From assembly GCA_900088475.1 (NCBI GenBank), contig FLMG01003853.1:1-64000 (forward strand): DNA of 64,000 nt, in the 5' to 3' direction. The notes below the pieces were generated by a model that made no database searches, was not told the DNA's origin, and saw nothing but the letters and a program-made list of their open reading frames with translations. Numbering within the stretch: position 1 is the stretch's first letter; each line of letters opens with the position of its first letter. The position numbers and the translations under genes are program-made. The DNA is from Hyphochytrium catenoides (taxonomy: Eukaryota > Protista > Hyphochytriomycota). Below are positions 38,301 to 51,400 of this stretch, in pieces.

Positions 38301-40596
38301 ATTTTGCTGAGACCACGCTGACCTCGGAGCTGCAAGAACTTAACAGCCTCTTCGCACTGAGCAAAGTGAGCAATGCTTGTCAGAGTGCTTGTCAGGGAGC
38401 CACTTTAAAAAGCTTCGTCAACTGTAAAACCCATTACTGATAATATGATCACTGGAAGTGTCCAATCTATGGAATAGGATAACTTGGAAAGGATAGTGGC
38501 AAATGCATCGAGTCTAAGAACGGATAGCAAGATCTTCACATTTCAGAGACCTGGCACTAAGGGTGTCCGCTGTGACAATGTGCGTCAGCCTGTTGTTGGG
38601 CTTTGAATATCGTGAGCCCATACCGAGTCGTATCAGTCGAGATAGCCACATCTCTGTCCCAGGGTCAAACCCAATCAAGAAGATGTGGCATGCATCCAGA
38701 TAGCGGCCCCAAGATTCAGTTGCAGCATGGTCACTCATCTCCTTCGCACATGAGAGAACCTCGTCGAGAAAACTGTCTAAACATTTGACGAAAAAGGAGC
38801 GCGTACGTGAGCTAACGGACGACCTGATGCCTTCCACAATCGTATTAGCTGAGGAACTTACTCTGGAATGAGCGTGAATCAACAGGACGTCTTGGTGAGG
38901 AAGAGTTTGATTGTTTTTTCTCTTCAGTTTGCTGTTCTGCTTTAGTGCTTTCCTCATTCGGCCATTCCTCGCAGACCTCGGTTTCCTCCTCATCCTCCAC
39001 TTTCTGGGTCGCCTCGCTATCTGGAGCAAGAAGGGCATAATCGCCTTCCGGCAAAGCCACTAGATGAAGAGATGCTAAGTAAGCTTCGAGAAGGCAGTAA
39101 TATAGCAATGACTCAATTGTTGGCCTGACTTCGACCGCTAGGTCAACTAGGCTAATCCATCATTCTTCTGGTCTCTATAACCTTCTTTTCTTTGGAGCCT
39201 CTTACAAGGAATGGATACCTTTTGTCTTGGCGCTGTCTTCCAACCACTGCGGAGTAACAACAGGAATGCCCCACTCCATTGCCGCTTCATATTTCTGCCC
39301 TGAAGGGATGTAAAAGGGATAGAGTCAAGGAGCCCCCTAAGAGCGAGATGGACGCACTACTATCAGATATAGAATGCATATAGCAAGTGGATTGCTCTAC
39401 TCGGAAAGGGTAAAGATGCATACAGAGATGACAATCTCTGGTGAGACAAGTGCAGGTAATAAATATACCAGCATGTACCCGTAAAGATGCTAAGGGTTTG
39501 AGGGCAGAGAAGTATTGGGCAAGGCCACGATATACGAACTGAACAACAAGGATCGGGAAGTGGTTAAATGGATATTTCCGCTATGAGATGTGTGGTCAAA
39601 TGGTTCTGGAGAAAGTCAACGTAGCTCCCTCCTTCGTTCTCGACTAGCTTCTGCAGTTCTTCTCGCCTTTCTGAGGTTGGAGGTTGCGGCCATCACTGAC
39701 TCTTTTCCCACTGAGAATGTTAACGTACTTACCGCCAGAAATACCAGTGATTGAGATGATAAGGCCTGTAAGTGGAAGGAGCTGATGTAGGGAAACATCT
39801 GCAATGGCTCCTTTTTCCCAGGTTTCATGTACCCAGGACACCGCAATGACTGGGATGTTCCATCGGATAGCCGCCTGCGAACAACAAAGACCACCGCGCG
39901 GCGATGAGGTTCGACAAACAAGACATCGCCTCCTTGTTAGGTCTGCACCTGGTACTTGGCTGATCTGGAAGTCTTGGCGACAAGAAAGTTGCAGGATGGT
40001 GTGAAGTCCTCCTCAAAAGTCCCTGACATGGATAAGACCATGGACACAAGGTTTTCCTAGAGAACGAGCGTACCCGCATTAGATGTTAAATTTCAAACCA
40101 CCTCCTTGGCTCCGGTAACCTTACCTTTTCATCCTTATCTAAGCCAGTTGAGCAAACAGCCTTCCCCTGTAAAGCGGTGTACCTCTCCATTTTATTCAAG
40201 CAAAGCTACTTCAGCTCAACAGAGCAAACGGCAACAATTGCACTTCTCGGCTTGCAAAGTGAGAGCCACATCGTCGCAAGCCTCACAATTGTCACACCTG
40301 CACGGAAGTAGGTATCATGGATGCCTTGAATGAGAGGTTACTTCATGAGTTGCCTTGTCCCAGCTAAGATCTGAGAGACAAGACTGCACTGCCTGTGAGA
40401 GGAAGAGCATGTCGTGGCGTCTTCACGCCACCAACAGCCCGAAGATTAACTTCCAGCAAACAACAAAGCATCAACCATCAAGCAGCATTGCTGAGAGTGA
40501 GATAAGCGTTAGCGGCTGCCAAGCGGCGCGGCATTCATAGTCAAATGACCGTTTTTGGCGGGAGACGCCTTCATCATACTTCACAAACTCTGCCAT
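35369..40596 (-). CDS. TOPBP1: Multi-BRCT checkpoint/replication scaffold, TopBP1/Rad4(Cut5)/Dpb11-like; multi-exon, both ends approximate
   Basis: Successive BRCT fragments: LQGKAVCSTGLDKDEK, DFTPSCNFLVAKTSRSAKYQ..WNIPVIAVSWVHETW, LTGLIISITGISG..GQKYEAAMEWGIPVVTPQWLEDS, YLDACHIFLIGF..LIRLGMGSRY..LTHIV..VVSAKWLVQC, FEGLLIFV..VTHVLV..VVSEVWLKACL, THLL..SRKYEMAQRWNVPVVTAEWL. Confidence 0.75.
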
Positions 40597-41092
40597 TCTT
40601 TATCATCGAACATCAATGTGAGGGCCTGATAGAACCGCAGGAACGGACATCTATTAAGAGCGCTTTGGGTCGTTCCATTGGCCGTCAAGCCTCTGCTCAT
40701 CATAGCTGCTAGAAACTGACAACGTCAACACGTGTAATAGAGTGCCCTGTCCCTCTATCTTGGCTATCATCAAGGGGGCAGCTAACATATTTGATGACTT
40801 CGCCACATTCCACGGATCACAGATATTCCCTAGTCCTCCTTATAATAAACTAACTTGCTCTTGACCCTTGCCGTGGCGGACATCTCTCCCATGGCTAGCT
40901 ATCGTGTCACCACGAGACCACAATGCTTTGCTCTTTGACTTTAGTGGTCGTAGTCCACTTGGAAGTTATTAAGCATTGGTATGACGTTCTGAGAACGATG
41001 CGTTATACGAGAGTGCGTAGCATAGATGTACACTTGAGCAGCCAACTAACTATTAAGTTACTCATATTAGCTGCAAGCCTTCATGGTCCGTC

Positions 41093-42756
41093 TTAAAAGT
41101 ACTCTCCGGTGGCATACCGCGCTATCTGGTTCTGGAGCAGCATATAGGGAAAAAGATGTCAGCACATGGAGACCGCATGATAAGAAAGCTCTTCTCCAGC
41201 TATGGACGTGAGACGATGCAACTACTGAAGAAATAGCTATCCTGGAAACTTAGTCCCAGAACCGCCCAATTTGCCATTTCCGCCCTGTACTTAATGCTCC
41301 CAAAAGATATATCCCGTCTTACCTTGATGGGCGTGCCAAGGTTTAGCAGGCCTAGCCCAAAGTTCCTGCCGAACGCGAGAATCTGGTTGTCGTTGCTGAA
41401 AAGTCTTTTGAAAGCATCAATGGATCCCTGCATAAGCAGATTCGCTGCCTTCCTTTGGCTCTCGTAACTCTTCAGAAGCTGTGGGCTGCCGATGTCTTGG
41501 CCACTTTCAAAGCCCTTAAGGACGGTGTTGGCCAAAACTTCGGCATCCTTCAGGCCCAAGTTGAGCCCTTGCCCTGCCAAAGGATGGACCGAATGCGCTG
41601 CATCCCCTATGAGGGCTACGCGATCCCCAACATAGCTCGAAGCGTGTCTGAGTTTTAGAGGGAAGATGAAGCGCTTCCTTCCAGGTAAATCAGTTATTGC
41701 GGGCGGTAGCTGAAAAGCCGAAACCGAGTGCGAGGCTGAAATGACTGTCCGCGCCAAGCCTGCTCCTATATCAGACGCCGTTGAAAGGAAAGGTATGGGT
41801 TGGTTCAAGAGGGGAATAGGAGGTATGTCTAGACCTCGGACCACTTCCGGAGGGGTTCGAAGTGCGTCATTCAACTCTCGTAGAAAGTCTGCTTCTGATA
41901 GTCCGACGAGTCGCTTAGCCTCTGCGGGGCTTGTAGACCAGACAATGGAGCTATAGTTCTCTCTGAGGGGTAACAGAGCTAAAGGTCCTGTCTTCAGAAA
42001 CCTTTGCCATGCGGTTCTATTCTCTGTCTCGGTCTGTACCGTCGCTACAATAGCGTGTTGGTCGTATTCCCATCCCCATGTAGGTATATTCTCAAGCTGT
42101 CGAATGCGTGACTCACCGCCATCAGCTCCAATCACAAGCCGCGCCGACACAGGGTTTGGCCTATGGTCTAGTGTGAGCTCTCTCCATCCGGCTGGGGTTT
42201 CCGCCGGTCTCATATCCTTCACACTACTAGGGCAAAGTATGTCAATCCGACCCTGCTGCGAAAGCTCGTGTAACCTTTCGAACAGAGCAGAATGAAGCAC
42301 GTTGTGCTCAACGATGTAGCCGAGGCAATTGATGCCAACCTCTGATGCATTGAAGCGAATGAAGCCATTTCCAACCCCATCCCAGACTTGCATGTGGGTG
42401 TACTCGTGGGTCCGCTCACCACTAACTCTGTCCCACACGCCAATGGATTCTAGAAAGCGCTTGGAGCCCGGTGTGATAGCATAAACGCGCAACTCCGGGA
42501 CTTTCTGTGATAGAGCCATTGACAAGGGACGCGGAGGAGCTGTCTCGACCAGAGCAATTTTCTGGCCCTTTGCCCTCGGAGATGCAGCCAGAGCACAAGC
42601 AAATGCGGTGCCAGGAATGCCTCCTCCAGAAACAATTGCATCATAGTCTCCTTCCTGCTCCGGTACTGCAGTGTAGCTCCGTGCCAGCGAACGGAAAGTG
42701 TCGAGCGGTCGTACGGGCCGCGAGGCTCTCCGTACTAGGCGGATTTCTCGTAGCAT
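41093..42756 (-). CDS. COQ6: Ubiquinone biosynthesis FAD monooxygenase (COQ6/UbiH family), mitochondrial
   Basis: Arg-rich presequence, YDAIVSGGGIPG FAD motif, LRVYAITPGS, LVIGADG, AWQRFLKTGPLALLP, RVALIGDAAHSVHPLAGQGLNLG. Exon 42756-41323 probably splices to 41131-41093 (NQIARYATGEYF*). Confidence 0.93.
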
Positions 42757-43452
42757 TCTTGTGACTTATGAAAGCCCCCAAACAAGGCCAGAGTCGCGCC
42801 TACAAGGCCCTATGGAGGAGCTCTCATAGATAGTTTGATGTTCTGCTATTGTCGTGGGTTCTCTTGGCCGTGACACACTGTCCGAGGTTCATTAACAGCT
42901 GAGACCAATGCAAAATGAAGGCTGATGAGACCGAAGAAAATCATTCTTTCCTGCAGACAGATCTTCTTTTACTCAATGAATCTCAACAATCTCAACTGTT
43001 CTGATGCGAAGCTCTCCGTACAAATATAGCGGTAACTTGAGCGACTATCTCTAGACAAATCCTCACCACAAACGTATGCTATTAAGGCTTGTAATTGATT
43101 ATCTCTTACATTGGAGTCTTTATGCCTTTTGGGGGAATCTGAATTACGACAGTTCATGGTTATCTGCAGATTTCTGATAACTGCATTGCCTAAACCTGTT
43201 CACAATAGGGTATTATTACTACATAAATTTATCACGCTCCACCTATTGCAGGTGTGAAGGGTTATTACTACATTCGAGACGCTGTAGCACTTGACATTGC
43301 GGACTGTTGCTACAGAAAACCGATAACAGAAGCTGCAGCTTCATCGACACCCGGAACTCAGAGCATCTTCTCTGAGAGACATCCATCTCTGGCTGTCACA
43401 GTTCATAGTGCCAAGTCGATTAGGGCCAAGGTCATGACGCTAACCACGTAAG

Positions 43453-45667
43453 ATGAAGCCCTATCAGGTCGCACGGGGTCTGGTTTGGCTGACCCTGGTA
43501 GTTGTCGCAGTATCGGCCCACGTGGCTGCTAATAACATCCGCAGGCGAGCATCAGATGGCTCTGTCTACGAGTTTGGTCGTTTTCACAGGAAGTTCACCT
43601 TCTGGAATGAAGCTATTCCAGAGCAAATTCACATGGCTCTGGGAGATAGCAAGGGTTCGGGAATAACTATAACGTGGATGACCAAAGCAAAGACGGAGAC
43701 ATCTGTTGTTGAGTATGGAGAGCAACAAACGAATCTAGCTTCTGTTGAGGGAGGCACCTCTCAGTACCAGTTTAAGCACTACACTTCGGGCTTCATTCAT
43801 TCTGTCTCACTGTCTGCTCACTCCTTGCGGCCATCCACGCGCTACATCTACCGTTGTGGGGACAGAGTGTCAGGGATCTGGAGCCCATTTTACAGCTTCA
43901 CCACTCCTCCGCCAGTCGGAGCTTCAAGCACAATCACTTTTGGCGTAGTCGGCGACTTGGGCCAGGTGAGAGCTTGTCTGTCTGCGCTTGTCTTGCTCAT
44001 TCTGCAAACGTTCTGGATAATTGAACCACGGCGGGAGTTATCAGATTGCCTAAGAATCTTTTGGAGGCATCGGTTAGACCCAAAGGCTCCCTACCTAGTT
44101 TCAAAATTATGATGTCTTTAACGATCAAGCAGACTTCTCAAACTTCACTTTGCCTCTAACGTCCCTCTTTATTCTAGACCCAGAATTCTTTGAAAACATT
44201 GGAGGCGCTCATGATGGACCGAGATGGCTACCCAAAAATTGATGTGATGCTTATTCCTGGTCAGCTTATATCTTAGGCTAGGCGTAGTCCATAGTAAACC
44301 ACTCAGCATTGACAGGAGTCTTGCAGGTGATCTCTCATATGCAGACGGGGTCCCTGAACGCTGGGATAGCTGGGGAAAGTTGGTTGAGAATCTCACCACT
44401 GTGGTGCCACTGTAAGCATGCAATGCACAAATGATGAACTCTTATATCCAGTTTTTGTCTCATTTCCACCCCGACCGTTAGGATGACCGCTCCTGGCAAT
44501 CACGAGATCTATGAAGATGAGAAGTTCATAGCTTACAAGGTAATTTAGAAGGACCATAGGGAGCTGACCTTCATTGTAACCCATTCTCACCGTAGCTTCA
44601 TCTACACTTAGTACCGGTTTCCGATGCCGGAGGACCCAATAAACAAAGGCAAAGACCGCCTCTTCTATTCCGTTGATGTCGGACCCACACATTTGATCTT
44701 CTTAAACTCCTACATACTGGAAGAAGCGCCCGTCCAGAAAGACTGGTTACAAAGGGATCTGCAAAGGTAGTGCTCTATGAAGTAGTGGCTTCGATTATCT
44801 CCCAACCTGTAGCAATTCGAGCTCCCTAAGGAGTCCTTTATCAATCCTCTTCCAGACTTTAGTTCCATCAGCTCGCTTTTTTACTCCGCAACTGCTCATA
44901 TGTCTGTTGCCTAGCGTCAATCGTGAAAAGACACCGTGGGTCTTGCTTTTCATGCACAATCCCTGGTACAATAGCAACTGGGCACATCAGGACGCAGACG
45001 AACCGCAGTGGATTCTCAAGCAGGAGTTGGAGACCATACTTTACCGATATAAAGTTGACGCGGTTTTCGCCGGTACTTGCCGAGTACAGAGAAACACCTA
45101 GACGTGGTCGTGTAGCAACTCATGTGTTCCCGTTCAGGCCATGTCCATGCCTATGAGAGGACCTATCCTGTCTTTCAAGGGAGGGTTGTCCCCGAGGCGC
45201 CGTACTACTTCACTGTGGGTGGAGGCGGCAATAGGGAAGGTATAGTACCTTGCTACCGTGATTATTCTTACTGCCGAACAGTATGTGCGACCTTTCCTTT
45301 TGGCCGCACTTGATAGCTTCATTTCTGGTGCACAGGGGCTTTTAGCTAACCTTCGACTTCTGCGCTCTGAATACTATTTATTCTTGGAATTTTTTCTTCT
45401 AAACTCATGCCTCTCTAATTCCGCTGTCTAGGTTTAGCGGATGCGTTTATGGATCCTCAGCCTGAGTGGTCAGCTTTCCGCGCAGCCAAGTACGGAGGAA
45501 GCCGCATAGAGGTCTTGAACGCCACCCATTGCCGGATAGAATGGTTCTCGAACGATCAGTTGTTGCAACNNNNNNNNNNNNNNNNNNNNNNNNNNNNNNN
45601 NNNNNNNNNNNNNNNNNNNNNNNNNNNNNNAAGTTCAGCTGCTGACGTTTGTCACACAGCACAGTGA
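43453..45667 (+). CDS. Secreted purple acid phosphatase (FN3-like N-domain plus metallophosphoesterase); multi-exon, 3' end crosses a gap
   Basis: Signal peptide, PEQIHMALG..ITWMT, and the five PAP metal-binding motifs across exons: GDLG, GDLSYAD, GNHE, MHNPWY, GHVHAYERT. Also GGGGNREG and QPEWSAFR. Confidence 0.92.
45570..45630. other. Assembly gap (61 N)
   Basis: Run of N. Confidence 0.98.
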
Positions 45668-45880
45668 CGAAGTGCAAAAGGAGAGTCCGTAGCTTCTTAG
45701 AATACGTATGAAACCAACCTCGGACTATGGCGATTTGACAAGTATATTACCAGTACACTATCTACTAGTACAACTAATCCCAGTAATAGCTTCACGCAAG
45801 GACGCATCACCTAGCTGCCCGGGAGTGTGTAACAGAGTGTCCGCTGATTCCGACAACTAACTGGGATGCAATGTTAAGAC

Positions 45881-47390
45881 TTACAAGCCTTGAGCCAATC
45901 GAGAAAGAAAGTCAGAGGCCATTTTCTTTGTTGGAGAGTCTGTTAAAGAGTTTTGGGTAGAACCAATCGTCTCCCCCGGCTTGTCCTCCTTTTCTCTGGA
46001 TAAGCTTGATGGGGCAGCTGTCCCGCCTCCTTTCTTTGCCTTCAACTTTGCTCTCCTTTCGGCAATTCGTCTCTCCCTTTTATCATCTTTATGTTGCGTC
46101 CTCACCGCGTTGGTCGTCTTTGTCATTTGCTGCAGATATTCTTTCTCCTGTTGGCTAAAGCCGTGCTCCCATTGCGATGTGACGCCAGCCCCCTGTATGT
46201 TGGGTCCGGTCCCTGTCCTACTGCTACGATAGGGTTAGCCATCTCAGGAGTGTAGAGAACAAGCAAATTCCCGCACAGGACAGACGTTGAGAGCAGCAGG
46301 GAGCAGAACTAGCAGTGAGGTCAGCAAAGCTTGCCGAGTCCCATAGGCGAAAGACAGAGCGTGAGAATGGCACCCAATCTAAATCAAGAACAACAAGAGA
46401 GCACTTCCCGGCCTCTGCTGAACTAGCTTTCACTAACCTCTCGTCTGTCGCCAACGACGGGCCATTTGGTTCTTTGTGACGCCTCAAATATTCCAGGTGC
46501 GCAGGACTACCCTTGGCCACAACGATAACTCTGCCAAAGTCGTCCTCAATTTCCACGGTATCTCCCGCGCCCGACAGCGCTTGTGACTTCGGGGATGGGC
46601 TTGGAGAAGGAGAAGCATTACTCGGGTACGATGTACCACCAGTCGTTTCCACCTATAAGAAAAGCGTTGAGCAAAGTAATTGTAAACTGAAATTGTCAGA
46701 AGGTGATTGAGATCAAGTCGCAGGCCAAGACGCGTACGGGCCAGGGTGAAAACTTTCAGCAGACAGAAATATGACGGAATTATTGAGGGAGAGATCAGGC
46801 TCTACCCAGCATGCAGAAGTAGCTCATCTCTACACTAAGGGCAGACTTTTGGTGGAGAGTCAGGGAGTGACACGTGGAGAAAATGCGGGCGAAGTACCTT
46901 CTTCTTGAAGTCCACCAGAAAGCTCCCTTTGGCATCCGGCGGTAGAGGTTGCCCCTTGGATAGCTTTTCGTATAGCGCGGCCTTTCTTGCCAACGCCTCC
47001 TGTGAAGCCCTTAACTTGTCTTCCGTTTGTCGAAATTCTTCTTCCTCGGCCTGATTACGGTCATCTACCCCCTGCATTATAACAAAGCAAAGATGGAAGC
47101 GATGGCTGAGTCGCTAAAGCTCAAATGTAGCCCTGGCCTGCAGCTTTCAAACCAAGTCTCACCTTGTTCTTCTTATTGAACAGTTCATCTGCTCTTGACC
47201 CTGAAGGCCTAAATTTCTTGCCCACTACTCTTCTGACTCCTGGTGTGCCCGCTATTGCCTTGGTCTCTTCTAGCTCTCGTTTGTGTTTGTGTACGACTGC
47301 CTTCAGATCAAAGATTGAGCTGGAATCGACTTTGATTGGCTTGGCCTTGGATGGCAGCAAGGCCGACTCTGTCAGAAATCCCATCGACAT
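45881..47390 (-). CDS. CCDC174-like nuclear coiled-coil protein; multi-exon
   Basis: KPIKVDSSSIFDLKA, KKNK|GVDDRN, LARKAALYEKLSKG, FLVDFKKK, VEIEDDFGR and a C-terminal basic coiled coil (KRERRIAERRAKLK) resemble the CCDC174 family, recognised from memory. Confidence 0.7.
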
Positions 47391-47466
47391 CTTTACGAAA
47401 GATAAGATAGCCACGACTCCGCTTTAGAGCAAGTTAGAGTACTGCCGAGAGATTCTCAAGAAAGCC

Positions 47467-47563
47467 TTTGCTTGCGCCAAGACCGTGCAAACACTAGTCC
47501 TGCACACGTTCTGGCTTTTGCTTGCGCCAAGACGTGCAAACACTAGCCCTGCGCGACGTTCTG
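47467..47563. repeat. Two-copy imperfect 50-bp tandem repeat just upstream of the CCDC174-like start
   Basis: tttgcttgcgccaagaccgtgcaaacactagtcctgcacacgttctg (from 47467) versus tttgcttgcgccaagacgtgcaaacactagccctgcgcgacgttctg (from 47517). Confidence 0.9.
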
Positions 47564-48410
47564 ACAGGTGACAATCGCCCACACAGAAAGAAAAAGCGTT
47601 TCTGCAAGTTAGGCAGCGGAGGTTCACTCCTCAATTCTGATTGAAGCTTTGTGTCAAACGACGCTAAGGTGCGCACATTGCAGTAGATGGGGCCCCTCTA
47701 ATGACACATTATGCCAATACGGTCGTGTGGTAGAAGCCTTAAAAGGGGAGAGAGCGCACCAATTGCGCCCACACAACAGCAGATTTTGTACTTCCTTGTC
47801 ACTTGATGGCGAAGGGTAATGAAAGAGCTTCTTTATGGTTCTGTTTTCCTGCCGTTGTTTGTCTCCAGGAGACACGCGGTGCCACTTCCTCTTTACCATC
47901 GATCGCTCTCTCTCTCCTCTTTCCGCTCTTCCACTCTTCAGTGTGAAGCAGCCCCTCTTCCTCGTGCGGCAAGGTGGTGGTGGTAACAACAAAATCACAA
48001 GACACTGATAGACAAGAAGACCGACCTGTCCACCAGCTTTGGCTATCAACTTTCTTCCTTCTCCTTCCTACGCAGTACGCAGACAAGACTCTCACTCTTC
48101 TTACCCTCATCCCCTATGTCCTCTTCAATATCCTTCTAGTGAGTTGTTGGTAGGCTCAGCGCCCATCTCACTGCACAGCGTGTCCAGGGCATGTCTTTAA
48201 TGTGTTTATGTGTTCCGAGGATGGCACTCTCGGATTCTCCTAACATCTAAACAATCAATAGTATGTGTGGCGGGAGCACTGAGCCAATCGGACGCCCAAA
48301 TAAATAATAGACTACTTCTAATGATAACGATCAAGCAGTGGTATCAACCACCAAGAGCTGGCAAAGCAGGAGCAGCGGTAAACAGTGGCAGAAGGCCCGG
48401 AAGTCTCGCG

Positions 48411-51400
48411 TCAATGCATCATCCGTTCTTGAGAGGATGTTGAGGTAGTTGATGGTGGGCCAGCTTCATACGGCAGCACACGCACTGTATCATCAGCCAT
48501 GGCGGCTGCCGCTGCGGCCGCTGCTTCCAAAGCTTCTGTCGGGATGGCTGGAAAAAAAGTAAGGATGAATACTAGTTAGAGCTGTTACTCAGTTGAGCAA
48601 TTGGACGACACGAATAGCCAAATAAACCAAGAAAAAAAAATAGAGGTCTGGGGCAAAGCTTACAGGGTTTCCGACCCCATCTTAGGCTTCTCATTCGGCC
48701 GAAGTTACTCCCAGGAGTCGGCGGAGTTTGTGGGTGGACTCCGCCTGTCGTCGGGCTCTCATTGGAAATGTTGAAAGGGAGCACAATCTGTTTCGGTGGG
48801 GTGATGGACTTCTTCCTTTCCCGTATAGCGGCGGTTTCTTCGGGGGAGAACTCAAGCAACGTGGTCAGGACAGGCTCTAAACTCTTTTGACCCGGTGAAC
48901 CTTCGGGCAAGGTCATATACTAATAAGGAGGTCATTAGCTGCTCTTAGCCTTTACGACAGTTAGATAGAGATCAATCAAACTGAGGAGGGGGGAGGGCAC
49001 AACGAAGGGGAACCGCGTCAGCAAAGCGACATCGAGACAAACCCGGAAAGATGAGCAGCATTGAGGAACAGGAAGTCTCGGTAATTCTGCAGAACGACCT
49101 ATCATACCTGGAAGACGATGTTCTTGAGATATTCCATATTAACCCCTAGATAAAAGATCACCAGCAAAGTTAAAACTTCTTAGCATTAGGCCGAAAGAAG
49201 AAAGACGCATCTTGCCTTCTCGTCGCCGACTTTTTAAGGCGTTCTCTGTCTTCTTCTTCTCTGCGTTTAGCCGATCACTGAAACTGGCAAGTTCCTGCGG
49301 TTTGGGTAGCAGCACATCAAGTAAATGCCCTTAAGAGCACGAGGGGAAGCTAAAGAGTCCGCCTGAGTACCTCGTTAGCCTCAATGAGCTTCCGCTGCAA
49401 TGTCTGAATCACTTCTTGCTGAGCTCTAAACTCGACATCTCTTTGTGCCTGCAAGCATCAGCCGATAAGATAAAGGTGTCTTCGTACAGCCAGAGTCTCA
49501 AATATAATATTTGTGGAATGTTTATGATCCAAAACTTAAAATGCCAGGGATTGTATCGTGGTAAAGCAGAGAGACACAGACCTGGAACTGCGCATATTTG
49601 AAGATCCTTCGATCGTCAGCGCTGCCACTTTCCACTTCCTGATTGTTCAAGATTTATAAGTCAGGTTATACCTCTCGTTCAGTAGTCTGTCACGATATAC
49701 GCGACTCGCGTACCTCTTGAAGTTTTTTTAGTCTTTCTTGTAGGGCTTCGACTTCTCTTTCTCGTTCCTCGACGAGCTGTCGAGCTAGCCGCTGCTTGTG
49801 CTTGAACTCTGCATCCTGCCGGCGCATAGCCGCCATCAAATCCTCCTTCTACAAGCGCACTGCAGTTGGTCACCCTGCTTCTTGAGAAACTTGAAAGGTA
49901 TTGATTTTGAAGGAAATTGCTACTGCTGAGTGCAATCACTACGTAACCTACTTGATCTTCGAGCTCTTTTGCTCGGGAGTTGTTGAGTCTTAGGATCTCC
50001 TCTTCCTTCTCACTTAACGCATAACTGAAGGAAGCCTCTTTCTCCTACACCAGATTGGATTAGTTAGTCTGTGTGGGGAAGCCCCATCAAAATCCTAGAG
50101 CGCAGGTAACTATGGCCATCCTCTTCCGTCCTCATTCCTCTCCTTGCTGATCTTTTCCTTAGAAATATATCGCAATTTCTCACCTCAAGAGTCCTCCTGA
50201 CCCGTGCAAGCTCAATCTCGACCTTTCTACATTTTTCAACCGACTTTTTCCTCTGCATTCAATGGCAAAATAAGGAAGAAGGACGGATATTAATGGGAAG
50301 AATACGAGCGTGAGGTCATTTTCCGCAGGGAGATGTAGTGGGGCACATAAAAGAATCTTCAAAGTGAGAACAACAAATATACAGAGCGCCCCAATTCAAG
50401 AGAGGGAAAGATTGCGGACGACCAAAACATCGCTAGTAGTTTTCTCTCCCATAACCTTTGCATGTAAGATCGACCAGCAGATAATCGGGGGCTCAACGAT
50501 ATTTAACACGGATGGACATGAAGGTCACGACGTAGCATAGAGATGGGTAGCGGTACGACAAGGGTCTCTTATATGAAAACAAAGGAGTGGCTTATCCTGC
50601 AGGAAATAGAAAACGACGAGGCTCGTGAACCGTTTACCTCATCCATCTCCTTGTCATACTCATGCTGCAGCTGTTCAAGCTCCGCTTGGACTGCCGCCGC
50701 CTGAGCAACCCGTTCAGCATGAATTTCAGTCGCTCTTTCCTTTTCTTTTCTCAGCCGTTGTAAGAGGGAAGAGCTTTCGACTGCCTTCGTTCGGAGCTCC
50801 GATAGTTGCTTGAGTGAGACAATTGGAGTAAGAAGCGGAAATTTGACTAGGGTACAAGGGCCAGGCAACGCGGCATCAGGAACGGTATGCAAAAGATATA
50901 GAAGGGACAAAAACGGCTGAGTCTTCTAACTTTAGCTGCTTCTTCACCTGGTTGATTGCCTCGTTATTTTCCTTTAGCACCTTAATGTGTGCCTTTAGAT
51001 CTTCATTTTCTGAAGCAAGTGATTGCAGGTCTGACTCCAGCCCAGAAACACGGCAGGTGGCGCTCTCAAGAGCCTAACGGCAGAGACTCAGTGCCCAGAG
51101 TCGACTGCCTATGGCTTACATAGTGTTTACGACTAGACTGCGTCAAGGCGGGAATCGAGCAGGAAAGGACGAATACCTAACTCAGACCAGAAGAGTGCGA
51201 GTCGGAAGAGACGCCCCGAAATGCTTGGCTTTATAGCTTTACCTCTTCCAGACGCTTCGAAGACTCAGACTCGTAAGTGGCGGCTTTGAAAGTCAGCAGA
51301 GCCTAGGGACGGAAAGCGGGAAGCATAACTTATCCAGAGAACACGAAGAGCTGATCAAAAACCAGAAGTGTACACAACAGTATATAGATGGTAGTCAATT

